The notes below the pieces were generated by a model, which had not been told where the DNA came from, did no database searches, and worked only from the letters and a program-made list of their open reading frames with translations. The position numbers and the translations under genes were made by a program. A DNA stretch of 63,812 nucleotides, counting the filler, from Octopus bimaculoides (Eukaryota), in NCBI RefSeq assembly GCF_001194135.2. It is 7 parts of 7 records of this genome, joined end to end, with 100 filler letters (N's around TTAATTAATTAA, not from the genome) between each part and the next. Parts side by side here need not be neighbours in the genome. Positions count along the whole stretch, not along the records: positions 32,799 to 50,914 come from NC_068981.1; positions 51,015 to 54,643 come from NC_069007.1; positions 54,744 to 56,738 come from NC_068986.1; positions 56,839 to 61,678 come from NC_069005.1; positions 61,779 to 63,812 come from NC_068982.1; 2 more parts are not named here. One strand, written 5' to 3'. This document shows positions 49,974 to 62,695 of the stretch, one piece after another; within the stretch, counting starts at the first letter, position 1, and the number at the start of each line of letters is the position of its first letter.

Positions 49974-50914
49974 GTTGCGTTTGGGGATCCTTCTTTCTGA
50001 TCACTTACTTCTTATGCGCGACAATTTCCGAAGGAAAGACCGGCGATTTTCTGTACTCAAGGGAGTTAAGCCATTTAGAAGGCTCAATACACTCAATGTT
50101 ATAATATCACTAAAGCTAGAAGATTTATAATTTAATTTTAGTTTATATTAGTTATTTTCAATTTTCACAGTTTTAAGAATTATCATAAATTATTATCATT
50201 GGGAACCTTTAATTTCCACATATATTTAAGAATTTATTTTGCTGGGAATTTTTTCCTTTAACACCGCTTACTTGTAGAAGGGAGACAACTCATGAGCAAC
50301 TTTATCTTGCGGAAGAATGACGCACAAAGGAAACCCTTACGTAATTGCTTGACTTGCTACAAATAGTTGACAAATCTTCCTCAAATCACATCAACCGTGT
50401 TAAAAAGAGACGGGCATTAGATAATGTTAGTCTTGCATTCTCACCTACACTTTCAATAAAGGCATGAAGCTCGAGACTGTGGGATTAAGTTTGATGTTAA
50501 GTCCCATTGTTGGGAACCTTGACTTCCACTATAACTCCAGACCGACCTTCGCACAGTTTACTTCGTAAATGGAAACTGTGCGGAGACTAGTGATATGTGT
50601 GTGCACGCGCGCGCATGTTGTACGTATGCATGTATGAATGTATGTGTTGTTTCAGTCATTTGACTGCAGCCATGCTGGAGCACCACCTTAAAGGCTTCTA
50701 GTCGAAGTAATCGACACCAGGACTTATTCTTTGTGAGTTTAGTACTTATTCTATTTTACTGAATCGCTAAGTTACGGGGCATAAATACAATAGCATCGGT
50801 TGTCAAGTGACACACACACACACACATACATATATATATATAATATAAATAATATATATGCATATATACATACGTATATGTACATACTTACATCTATACG
50901 TATATATATATATA

Positions 50915-51014
50915 NNNNNNNNNNNNNNNNNNNNNNNNNNNNNNNNNNNNNNNNNNNNTTAATTAATTAANNNNNNNNNNNNNNNNNNNNNNNNNNNNNN
51001 NNNNNNNNNNNNNN
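50915..51014. other. Artificial contig linker (others at 54644-54743, 56739-56838, 61679-61778)
   Basis: N44-TTAATTAATTAA-N44. Confidence 0.92.
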
Positions 51015-51148
51015 CTCCCTGGAATATTCCTCTTCTAATGGGGATGGCTTTCGTTTCCACAAGTCCCTCTTTTGTTTGGAGCTGTAGCACTGTCTGGCAT
51101 TTGTTCATTGAGTGCTCTATGTATTTTATGATAATTGGTGCCACCTTG
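51015..51148 (-). mobile_element. R4/Dong-like RT fragment (..AIPIRRGIFQG) starting right after (TAA)n; cut by a linker
   Basis: ORF 50959-51144 ends at the RT 'QG' motif. Confidence 0.8.
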
Positions 51149-51160
51149 TTTATGGCTATA

Positions 51161-51221
<61 letters not shown>

Positions 51222-51243
51222 GATTATTATTATTATTATTATT

Positions 51244-51809
51244 CCTTCGTAATACAGTGTAGGTAAAAATTCACCGAAGTCTTTAGTCATCTGTCAAGTT
51301 ACAACAAGGACCTCAGACAGACGATATTTTCCTTAAGATGTACGCTGTACCCAATAAGACTTCTTTTCGCAAGGCATCGATCTTGTATGGAATTTCCAGT
51401 TGCCTTAAGAAGTCTTGAAGTTTCAATTTGATTGAGCCCAACGCTCCGATCACCACTAGTATCACTTTTACATTACTCTCTCGCATTCCATACAGTCTTG
51501 CCATTTCCACTTTCAATTCGGAGTACTTGGTGATTTTTTCAACCTCTTTATTCGTGTCATTTGGTATGGCTGCATCAAAGATCTGACAGTATTTGTCTCT
51601 CTTATTCAATATGACAATATCCGGCCGACGGTGTTTAATTACACGATCCGTCTGGAAATCATAGTCCCAGAGTATCCTTACTTTTCCATTCTCGTGCATA
51701 ACTTTACTTGGTACATGATCATACCAGTTCTCTGTTACTTCATACGGGTATTTACGGCATAAGAGCCAATGAAGAAACATACGACTTTGTCGTGGCGGCG
51801 CTTGTATCC
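51244..51809 (-). mobile_element. 5'-truncated R4/Dong-like LINE 3' end (REL endonuclease) with (TAA)n at its 3' end
   Basis: YKRRHDKV/LHWLLCRKY..WYDHVP..V..ILWDYDFQTDRVIKHRRPDIVIL..FDAAIPND..EKITKYSELKVEM..VVIGALG..LRKEVLLGTAYILR. Confidence 0.9.
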
Positions 51810-51859
51810 TCCTTCTCCTCCTCCTCCTCCTCCTCCTCCTCCTCCTCCTTCTTCTTCTT

Positions 51860-51890
<31 letters not shown>

Positions 51891-51913
51891 TTATTATTAT
51901 TATTATTATTATT

Positions 51914-51952
<39 letters not shown>

Positions 51953-52032
51953 ATTATCATCATCATAATCATCATCATCATAATCATCATCATCATAATC
52001 ATCATCATCGTCGTCGTCGTCGTTGTTGTTGT
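51810..52032. repeat. Compound trinucleotide microsatellite (CCT)(CTT)(ATT)(GTT)(ATC)(GTC)(GTT)
   Basis: Read directly. Confidence 0.95.
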
Positions 52033-52196
52033 AGGCCTCATCACTTTATTTATTGTTCTGTTTTTCCCTCTTTTTGCAGGACGCCCGCCGTGCCAAAACC
52101 GCCAAAATCCACTGAAAAGACAAGTAAGCCATTAATTATATCCCTTGCCTTGTCTATTACCATCCTCATTGCTGAGGGACGGAGACGGTGACACCA

Positions 52197-52199
<3 letters not shown>

Positions 52200-52227
<28 letters not shown>

Positions 52228-52650
52228 ATTCTTGCCTCGGACCATGGTTGTCCATTCAGACAGAGATCTTCCGGTGCATTCTTTGGCATCCTCTAGTCAT
52301 CATCTTCTCGTTCTCTCTCTTCTTTAGTTCTCATTCATCTTCCTTCTTGGGTGTGGAGACAGAAGTTCTGGGCCCTGATGACAAGCCCCAAGTACTATAG
52401 ATTTCCCTTCCTGACAGTTAGCAAAAAGTTTCTTTCTGTTCCCACTTCTTCAAGTACTAACTTCTTTGTTCGATGGTCACACCAGCTGACCCTCAATATT
52501 ATTCAAAAGCTTTCGGTTTAGCAGTGTTGTTTGCACTTAGGGTTCCGCTTTCACATCCATGCAGTGCAATAGGCCAAACTAATGTCTTCGCAGGCTCTAA
52601 TTTGGTGTCCTTGTTAAGAGGTCTGTCATTCTTGATTGTATGATATACCA
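52200..52650 (-). mobile_element. RTE-clade LINE 3' fragment with (GA)n tail
   Basis: Minus-strand TLVWPIALHGCESGTL..KAFE (~ALV.PV..YGCESWTL..AFE) and LEDAKECTGRSLSEWTTMVRGKNRW (~W.DDIK.WTG.SL). Confidence 0.6.
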
Positions 52651-52834
52651 TTGATACAAAATTTATACATTAAAGAGTGAGACAAGGAAACGCACGATAT
52701 CATATTCAACAACACAAATTAACGAGGGAGCCTACTACAGAAGGAGTATCTAACATTTAGCCCTTGGCAATGCTTACCTGGTTCCCGGTTCAATTTTATA
52801 GAACAATTGGTTTAACTTTATTAAAAAAATGTTA

Positions 52835-53055
52835 TTGGCGAGCTGGCAGAATTGTTAGCATGCTGGGCAAGATGCTTAGCTGCATTTCGTTCGTCTTTGC
52901 GTTCTGAGTTCAAATTCCACCGAGGTCGACTTTACCTTTCATCCTTTCGGGATCGATAAATTAAGTACCATACAGTTGAGTACTGGGATCGATCTAATCG
53001 ACTTACCCACTCCCTCCAAATTTCAGGCCTTGTGCCTTTAGTGGAAAGGATTATT
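52835..53055 (+). mobile_element. Second SINE family copy
   Basis: ggcgagctggcagaattgttagc...gttcaaattccaccgaggtcgactttacctttcatcctttcggg. Confidence 0.75.
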
Positions 53056-53651
53056 GTTATACTTACCTAACACAGGTAAGTAAAATTTGATTGGTCAATA
53101 ATTGTGTTTTTTCTTCATTCAGCCAATGATACACAACAAAGCAACGTTCCCGTCGGTCTGATAGCAGCTTTGATATTGCTATGCGTCCTGATAGCAGCAT
53201 TGATATTTCTTTGGGGTAAGTAACTTTTCAAATCGCATCGGTCATCATCACACATCTTTCGTTACAATCACTGAGGAGACTGTATGTACCACTATAATGG
53301 GTGGCATTGCTGAATATATATGTGTGTGTACATACATACATGCATACATACATACAAACATACACACATTTACATATATGCATACATACATACATGAGGT
53401 TAAGAAGCTTGCTTCCCACAGAGTGCTGTCTTGGCTTCAGTGCCATTGCGTCGCACCTTGAGTACATGTGTGTGTGTGCGCGCGCGTGTGGAGGTATGTG
53501 TGTTTGTGGTGGTGGTGGGGTATTTGTGTGTGTAATCTTCAAATAAAAAACTACAAATCATGTAAATACAGCTACCCGGGGTTTCCTGCTCGAAATTTTA
53601 AAAAATTATCCCACCATTTATCAAGCAGAAAACAAGACTGTTTGTCAGTTG

Positions 53652-53698
<47 letters not shown>

Positions 53699-54435
53699 TA
53701 TGTATGTATGTATATATATATACATATACATATATATCACTAGGATAAGGCATTGATCGGTCCGGGGAATAGAAGACAACTGCCCAAAGTGCCGCGCAGT
53801 GGGACTGAACCCGAAGACATGGGATTGCAAAGCGAGCTCCTTGACCACACAGTTAGTTACGCCTGTATGTATTTATGAAAATGTTACATTTATTCCCATT
53901 TTTCAATGCAAGTTTAAGAATGACGACAGAAGTTTTAATGATGGGGAGACTCGATATTGAGAGTAGTATCAAATATATTATAGAATTCGTGTTGATTGGG
54001 ACTTTGAAATGTTAGGAACTTTAAGGTTGAAAAGGCCAGCGGGTGAATTTGGAAGATCCAGTCAACAAGATGCATGTATGTATGTCTGTATGTCTCTTCT
54101 CTATTTTTTTAATTATTATAAATTTTCCACTGAGGAGGGAGCCGGTATGTATGTATGTATGAATGTATGCATATGTATGCCTGTGAGTATGTTTATGTGT
54201 ATGTACGTATGTATGTGTATATATACGCATGTATGTGTGTATTACGTCTGTATGCATACGTGTATGTATATAGATATATGTGTGTATATAAGTGTGTGTA
54301 TGCGTGTATGTATATATCTATGTATATATGTTTATGTGTATGTGTGTAAGTATTATGCATGTATGTATGTATGTAAGTATGTATGTATACATGGAAGGAA
54401 GGATAAGTATACGTAAATAGATATATAGATAGATC

Positions 54436-54508
<73 letters not shown>

Positions 54509-54766
54509 CCAGACAGACAAATAGACAGAGACAGACAGACAGATAGATAGATAGGCAGACAGACAGAGATAGATAGATAGATATCTTTTTATTATAGCCA
54601 CACAGGGCTAAATACAGAAAATGGACAAATTACAAAGTAGAGCNNNNNNNNNNNNNNNNNNNNNNNNNNNNNNNNNNNNNNNNNNNNTTAATTAATTAAN
54701 NNNNNNNNNNNNNNNNNNNNNNNNNNNNNNNNNNNNNNNNNNNTATATATATGTATATATATATAG

Positions 54767-54807
<41 letters not shown>

Positions 54808-54897
54808 CATGTGTGTGTGTGATTAATTATATACACTCATATAGGTAATATATATATATACAAACATGCATATATATATATAAGCATACATGCTTTT

Positions 54898-55192
54898 ATT
54901 CTTTTATTTGTTTCAGTCATTTGACTGTGGCCATGCTAGAGCACCACCTTTAGTCGAACAAATCGACTCCATGACTTATTCTTTGTGAGCCTAGTTCTTA
55001 TTCTATCGGTCTCTTGTGCCGAACCGCTAAGTTACGGGGACGTAAACACACCAACATCGGTTGCCAAGCGATGGTGAGGGGACTAACACAGACACACACA
55101 CACATACATATATCCGTATATACGGGGGGCTTCTTTTCAGTTTCCGTCTACCAAATCCTCTCACAAGGCTTTGGTCGGTCCGAGGCTATATA
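54898..55192 (-). mobile_element. Same SINE family, head-truncated
   Basis: ttgtttcagtcatttgactgtggccatgct...gaaccgctaagttacggggacgtaaacacacc...tttccgtctaccaaatcc. Confidence 0.8.
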
Positions 55193-55234
55193 AATCATAA
55201 ACATATATGTTTCTATGAATGTATGTATATAAAG

Positions 55235-55272
<38 letters not shown>

Positions 55273-55775
55273 ACGAATCACAACGTACAGATCACAACTG
55301 CAATGATGAAATGATACAATAGCATGCATTCACGCGCATCTAAAGATAATTGCAACTACACATATAGACTACAAGGAACGTTATTATATACACCTTGTCA
55401 AACAGCGTAAAGTTTCTCTATATACGGAAGACCTGAGGTAACACACTACTTACAGTGGAACACTTTTACCTACATTAACCTAGCTACCACTACTACACAC
55501 ACACACACACACACTTGAACATCGCGCTCATACAAACACACAAACACAAACACGCACACACAGAAACACACGCGCACAAACACATATGTGTGTGTGATTA
55601 AATACGTACACTCATTATCGTCACCATCATTATCAACGTCGTCGTCTTCATTACTGACCGTCCAATGTGGCATCGGTCGATCAGTTCGACTGGATCGGAC
55701 AAACGGATAACGGCGTCGGGCGCCAGTGCGTCTTCCAGGCCCGTCGGATCCTATACAATAGTACCCTCTTTCACT

Positions 55776-55810
<35 letters not shown>

Positions 55811-55824
55811 CACATATATACTTT

Positions 55825-56305
55825 TATGCTTTTACTCTTTTACTTGTTTCAATCACTTCAAAAGGGCCATGTTGGAGCACCGCCTTGAAGGGCTTTATTC
55901 GAAAAAATCGACCAGGACAAATTTTTTAAGCCAAGTACTCGTTCTAGCGCCCTTCTTTCCCAACCGCTAAGTTACGAGAAGATAAACACACCAACACTTG
56001 TTGTCAAACGGTAATAGAGTGACAAACAGAGATAGAAACTCATACACACGGACGTAGATACATTACATATACATACATACATACATACATACATGCATAC
56101 ATGCATACATACATACATACATACACACACACACATACACACACACACACCACGACGGGCTTCTTTCAGTTTCCGCCTGTTAAATCTACTCACAAGGCTT
56201 TGGTCGGCTCGAGGCTATAGTAGAAGACACTAGCCCATGGCGTCACGCAGTGGGACTGAATCCGGAACGATGTGGTTGGGAAGCAAGCTTCTTACTAGAT
56301 ACCCA
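55825..56305 (-). mobile_element. Same SINE family with expanded internal (TACA)n
   Basis: Body 2, microsatellite, body 1 and head (gggactgaatcc...gtggttgggaagcaagcttctta). Confidence 0.8.
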
Positions 56306-56324
56306 CGCCTATACACGCACGCAC

Positions 56325-56380
<56 letters not shown>

Positions 56381-56621
56381 GCGCACATATATATACATAC
56401 ATGAATATATGTACATATATATACAGGTTTGGTGATGCAGACAGGGAACTGAATTCAAACCAAGTATATATACGTTTTTAATTGATAATCGGCAGAAGTT
56501 ACAGTGACTCAATGGCCGAGAGTTTAGAGTGTAGGCACTTATTAAAGTGCTGACAAGGAACAAAACTCCCGGCCCTTGAGTCATCCTCAAACTGCTTGCA
56601 ATTTTTATCATTAGTATTATT

Positions 56622-56666
<45 letters not shown>

Positions 56667-56889
56667 TATATATATATATACATATGTATATATTTATGCA
56701 TATATCTGTGCGTATATATATATATATATATATATATANNNNNNNNNNNNNNNNNNNNNNNNNNNNNNNNNNNNNNNNNNNNTTAATTAATTAANNNNNN
56801 NNNNNNNNNNNNNNNNNNNNNNNNNNNNNNNNNNNNNNTTTGATTGTTTATTCCTTTTCAGAGAATTGTTGTGGTTATTGTTCTTGTTC

Positions 56890-57156
56890 TTGTTCCTGTT
56901 ATCGTTGTTGTTGTTGTTGTTGTTGCTGTGGTGGTGGTGGTGGTGGTGGTGGTGGTGGTGGTTACTCCCCTTCCAACGGAGATACTTTCCAACACAAATA
57001 TATCCGTTTTCTTTGAGGGATCGAGGAGTGGATGCATTGACGTCACTGGCATGGGACGGGCATTACCTTCAGTTCATTCTGTCGCCATTCACAACGGATC
57101 CATTGTCATTGCCATCATCCTCATCGTCGTCGTTGTCATCGTCATCGTTTTCATCG

Positions 57157-57189
<33 letters not shown>

Positions 57190-57326
57190 ACGACAACAAG
57201 AACGACAACGACACCAACAACATCACCATCATCATCTTCTTTGTCGATGACTTAGTCGGTGGCTGCTTCACCTTCATCATTACCAGCATCATCGTCATCC
57301 TTGCCGTCGTCGTCACTGTGGTCGTT

Positions 57327-57384
<58 letters not shown>

Positions 57385-57385
57385 C
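56890..57385. repeat. Degenerate (GTT)(GGT)(CAT)n low-complexity region
   Basis: Read directly. Confidence 0.9.
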
Positions 57386-59784
57386 CCCACTCCACCTCCA
57401 CCTAAGGAAGTCAACGATGGATCACTCAATCTGTTAGAAAGTTTAAGTCTCCTTCCGATAACACCCTACAGTCTTAAGGAAGAAACACACGCGGGATAAC
57501 GGAGTCCAAGATACACCATGACTAAAAAAATGATGAGATCTTTTATTTTTTCTTTTATCTTTTACTTGTTTCAGCCATCAGACTGCGGTCATGCTGGGGC
57601 ACCGCCTTGAAGAATTTTAGTCGAACATGTCCACCTCAGCACTTATTATTTTCCAAGCCTGGTACATATTCTATCGGTTTCTTATGCCGAGCCTCTAAAT
57701 TATGGGGACGTAAGCACACAAAGACCGGTTGTCAAGAGGAGATGGAGGACAACGCTCTCTGCGTACACAAGCAATATTCAACACACAAATATTTTAAAGA
57801 AGACCCCCCCCTATAAACGAGGGTAACCTCACCAGGATAGCCCCTTTCCTAAACTAGAACACACATAGCACACAAACTTCACACAAAGAAGAAATATGCC
57901 CCAATGATGTACTACCTTAACATACAAATAGAAGAACACCATGCCCAGAACAACAAAAAAAAACAAATAATGCAAAAAAGTTAACCATAAAAAAGATTAC
58001 CGAGAAGACAAAGCCAAGGAAAACAAACTCCAAAAGATGCAACTCTAGAGAAAAGCCTCTTGATTCATTGATTCGTTGTTTCATCCAGGCGAATTTACGA
58101 GAAATCCCGTGAAGGAAACGAGATTGTTTTCCAAAATGGAGGCGAACACCTTTCTCCATGTGATCGGCTTGAAAAATTGTTAAGACAGTAGTATAGTTTC
58201 CTACTTTTCTTAGCATGAAACCAATGGTAGTCTTAATTCACAAATAAAGAATATATATATATATGAATGAATATATCCATCCTCGTCATCGGAGGTCGGA
58301 CTCACACGCACAAGCATCCTTCCTCGCCACACTATAGTCTCGTGCTGCAGTCCTACGTCCCCCTAGGGGTCCTCTTTCCCGGCCACTTCTAGATATCATA
58401 TCGTCGCTTTTAACTTCGTCACCGGTGGTTCCATTTTCCCTCNNNNNNNNNNNNNNNNNNNNNNNNNNNNNNNNNNNNNNNNNNNNNNNNNNNNNNNNNN
58501 NNNNNNNNNNNNNNNNNNNNNNNNNNNNNNNNNNNNNNNNNNNNNNNNNNNNNNNNNNNNNNNNNNNNNNNNNNNNNNNNNNNNNNNNNNNNNNNNNNNN
58601 NNNNNNNNNNNNNNNNNNNNNNNNNNNNNNNNNNNNNNNNNNNNNNNNNNNNNNNNNNNNNNNNNNNNNNNNNNNNNNNNNNNNNNNNNNNNNNNNNNNN
58701 NNNNNNNNNNNNNNNNNNNNNNNNNNNNNNNNNNNNNNNNNNNNNNNNNNNNNNNNNNNNNNNNNNNNNNNNNNNNNNNNNNNNNNNNNNNNNNNNNNNN
58801 NNNNNNNNNNNNNNNNNNNNNNNNNNNNNNNNNNNNNNNNNNNNNNNNNNNNNNNNNNNNNNNNNNNNNNNNNNNNNNNNNNNNNNNNNNNNNNNNNNNN
58901 NNNNNNNNNNNNNNNNNNNNNNNNNNNNNNNNNNNNNNNNNNNNNNNNNNNNNNNNTATATATATATATATATTTGTGTGTGTCTGTGTCTGTGTTTGTC
59001 TCACCATCACCATCACTTAATAAGCAATGTTGGTGTGTTTACAGCCCCGTAACTTAGTGGTCCTGGTGTGTTTACAGCCCCTTTAGGGTTGTGCTCCAGC
59101 ATGACTGCGGTTAAATGACTGAACAAGTAAAAGAATAAAAGAATATGGCTCATGTAAAAAAAAAAAACTATCTTTTCCAATTACATTCTGCTTTGAAGTC
59201 GACGGAAACTGAACGGAAGCTCGATCAGTATCACGCTGAAAAAAGAAAATAAGTACTGAGATCGGTTCGTTCGAACTATTACACTTCAAGTCGGTGCCCC
59301 AGTATGGCCGCAGTCCGGTGACTTGAACGAGTGAAACATAAATGGGAAAAGGTTAAGAGCAGCTAAAATATCTCTCAGACCCGACATTGAAGCTTTAATA
59401 AACAAGAGTACAATGTTGGGAACTGTAATTTTAGACATTATACTACATCTGAATGAAGATGGGATGGTTATGATTATAAAGAACTCGATTATGCAAGTTT
59501 TTAAACAACAATTATTTGGAAGGTATGATACAGCCAAGACCAAAGCGTTTTATTGTGATCTTTAAGTGTCATCATGACTAAACTACTCAATCACACTTGA
59601 AACGTTTTAAGAACTCACCACTTTCCATCTTCAAATGTAGGCCCTTGTAACAGAGGGCGTTGGGTATTAAGTGACGTATCTGTGAACTTGCAATAACAAC
59701 AGTAACAACAGCAGCAGCAGCAGTAATGGCAGCAAAACAATACAATAACAACGAAAACAGCGTCAGTAAAAACAACGACAACAA

Positions 59785-59957
59785 TGGCTGTGTGGTAAGT
59801 AGCTTGCTTACCAACCACATGGTTCCAGGTTCAGTCCCACTGCGTGGCACCTTGGGCAAGTGTCTTTTACTATAGTCTCGGGCCGACCAAAGCCTTGTGA
59901 GTGGATTTGGTAGACGGAAACTGAAAGAAGCCCGTCGTATATATGTATACATATATG

Positions 59958-60015
<58 letters not shown>

Positions 60016-60220
60016 TGTGTTTGTGTTTGTCCCCCCAACATCGCTTGACAACCGATGCTGGTGTGTTTACGTCCCCGTAACTTAGCGGTTCGGCAAAAAA
60101 GACCGATAGATTAAGTACTAGGCTTCCAAAGAATAAGTCCTGGGGTCGATTTGCTCGACTAAAGGTGGTGCTCCAGCATGGCCACAGTCAAATGACTGAA
60201 ACAAGTAAAAGAGTAAAGAG
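59785..60220 (+). mobile_element. Near-complete tRNA-derived SINE: head, body 1, (TA)n(TG)n, body 2, AAGTAAAAGAG tail
   Basis: A-box-like TGGCTGTGTGGTAAG and B-box-like GGTTCAGTCCC; many homologous copies in the window. Confidence 0.88.
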
Positions 60221-60849
60221 TAGCCATTTCAAGAAGCGTAACAACAAACGTCAGCAACATTAGAAACAACAACAACAGCAACAGCAACAACAACAACAAC
60301 AACAACAACAGCAATTACAACAACAAAGAGTGTTTACAAATCTCCTTCAAAGTATTCCCTGCCGTCTTAAATGCGGAGGCGATACATCGGGAAAAGTACC
60401 GCCTGGTTATAAAATGTCAGTGTTGGTCACGGTTGGAATGTCTTTGATCATAAGTCCACTCGATAAGTAACTAAAAAAAAGGAAACGAAACCTTCCCTTT
60501 GAATGACGAAACAGCAAAATCAAAAACAATGGCGCCATCTGTTGTTTCTTTGCATAAGCATTAGAACTGTGATTGTGAGGATGAGGATGCTTAATTTGCT
60601 ACCGCGTTATCTGGAGTTCGGTCCCACTACGGGGCACACTGGGCGAGAGTCTTCTACGACAATCTTGTGTGAACCAGTGCTTTGGAAGTGAAATTTGGTA
60701 GACAAAAACTGCATGGAAGGCAATTGTATATGGGTGCGTGAGCGTGCGTTCATCTATGCACGTATGTAGATAGATAGATAGATAGATACATACATACATA
60801 CATACATACATACATACATACATACATACATACATGCCCAAAGAAGTCG

Positions 60850-61510
60850 CATGACTTTACTGCAACATATCATCAGGTGAAAAGATGAGCCTATATGAGC
60901 AGACGACTATGTTACTAGTAAACTTCGTGATGATAGTAACATCGATCATCAAAGCAGTTTATCATGGACCAATAGCCGGATTACTACCTCCCACTTTGTA
61001 GGGTATGGGTTTGCAATCCAAGAACAGGAAATATCAACCAAGTGCCTGATACACAAAAATGATAGAGATGCAGGAAAAGCCGTAGTGTGGCAACCGATGC
61101 AGACTTTGTGGAGTTCACACTGAAGATGACACCATCATCATAAGCAATTGCCCAAAAATGTCATCACGGTATTATCTACTGATGAGACATGACTTTGTAG
61201 CTAGGATAATCCCGAGGATATAGAAATAAGAACCCACAATATGGTAGAAGCCATAGCCACTCATAATAAAAAGGAATACTGGTGAAGACCTCAATAAAAT
61301 GTAACCACAACAGACCTGATATGTTGATTTGAGATAGAGGAGAGAAACTGAGCTCAGTTGTGTAAATTAGCTGCCCAGAGAATGTTAACATAAAGCGGAA
61401 GATCAGTGAAAAAAAGAGAACACCTATGCTAAACTATTGACAAATCTGCAGTTACTCTATCCAGATTACAAGTTCAGATTTATACCTGTAATTATTGGGG
61501 CTATGGGATA
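60850..61510 (+). mobile_element. Decayed RLE-clade LINE 3' region (CCHC knuckle and REL)
   Basis: GYGFAIQEQEISTKCLIHKNDRDAGK, RCRLCGVHTEDDT.IISNCPKMSSRYYL.MRHD, NHNRPD, LYPDYKFRFIPVIIGAMGYV. Confidence 0.75.
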
Positions 61511-61778
61511 TGTAACACACTGCCTAAATACACAAACACACAGTCTTACATATATACCCCGCTATATATAGCTAGATACATATATATTCAGATATATACA
61601 CCGTCATATATACACATACACATATATAGATCTATACCTATATGATCTATACATATATGAATAAACAAATATATATATNNNNNNNNNNNNNNNNNNNNNN
61701 NNNNNNNNNNNNNNNNNNNNNNTTAATTAATTAANNNNNNNNNNNNNNNNNNNNNNNNNNNNNNNNNNNNNNNNNNNN

Positions 61779-61831
<53 letters not shown>

Positions 61832-62647
61832 GTATGTATGTATATATAATAGTATTTATATATACGCAGGCGTATATACACGGAATCCTTAAAATTGGAC
61901 TAATATATATGCTGATTGACGTTATTAAGTTTTACAGAATCTAGGAATGTTATTAGAAATGGAATCTATGCTACTCGATTTTTATACTTTTTGATGTTGA
62001 GATATTCACTAATATAAGCTGATAATGAGTGTGTTGTATAGCCACTCGCATATACCCACATAGACACATTTAAATATACACACAGGCACGCACACACAAG
62101 ACGAAACATGGACAAACGAACGCAATACGCAACAACACACTCGCACACACACAAATACACACACACAAGAAGAGTAAACTACATATATATATAACAGGGA
62201 ACAGTATTAAGGCTTAAATCAGAACAGGATTTCCGTAAGATTTTGCATACTTGAATCTTGACAGATAAAGGCTGATCTAATCCAGAATCGTTTTTCTTGA
62301 GCTCCCTCCAAAGATGATCGATTCGGAGAAGAAATTTCTGTTCTTAACAACAGCATCAATATGATGGATGCTGTGTTTTTTTAATGATCACTTGAACACA
62401 AACGTTGAAGTAGTTAACAGCTGCTGACAGAATTGCAGTCAAGCTCATACTTGCGTCGTGTCCGCAGACGACAAGCAAACATACTAGCAAATACGTACGA
62501 ACAGATGTACTTAGACACATACATAATCAATCACTCATACATATACACGCACACAAGCATTTTTATGAGTGTGTATTAATATCTGTGTGCCTGCACGTTA
62601 AATATATATATATATATATATAGCGGCGAACGTACACTTTGGTCTCT

Positions 62648-62695
<48 letters not shown>

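Noticed and set aside
49849-50130. 93-aa plus-strand ORF (also 41080-41481)
   Set aside because: Antisense shadows of ABCF1 exons.
53059-53068. ATACTTACCT matching the U1 snRNA 5' end
   Set aside because: Only 10 nt match; the downstream sequence is not U1. It is the reverse complement of a 5' splice-site consensus.
58279-58442. CpG-rich stretch as a first exon or promoter
   Set aside because: Truncated by a gap; no convincing ORF or splice signal, so it cannot be supported.
59785-59860. tRNA gene
   Set aside because: A/B-box-like head continues into a multicopy SINE body; no proper cloverleaf.
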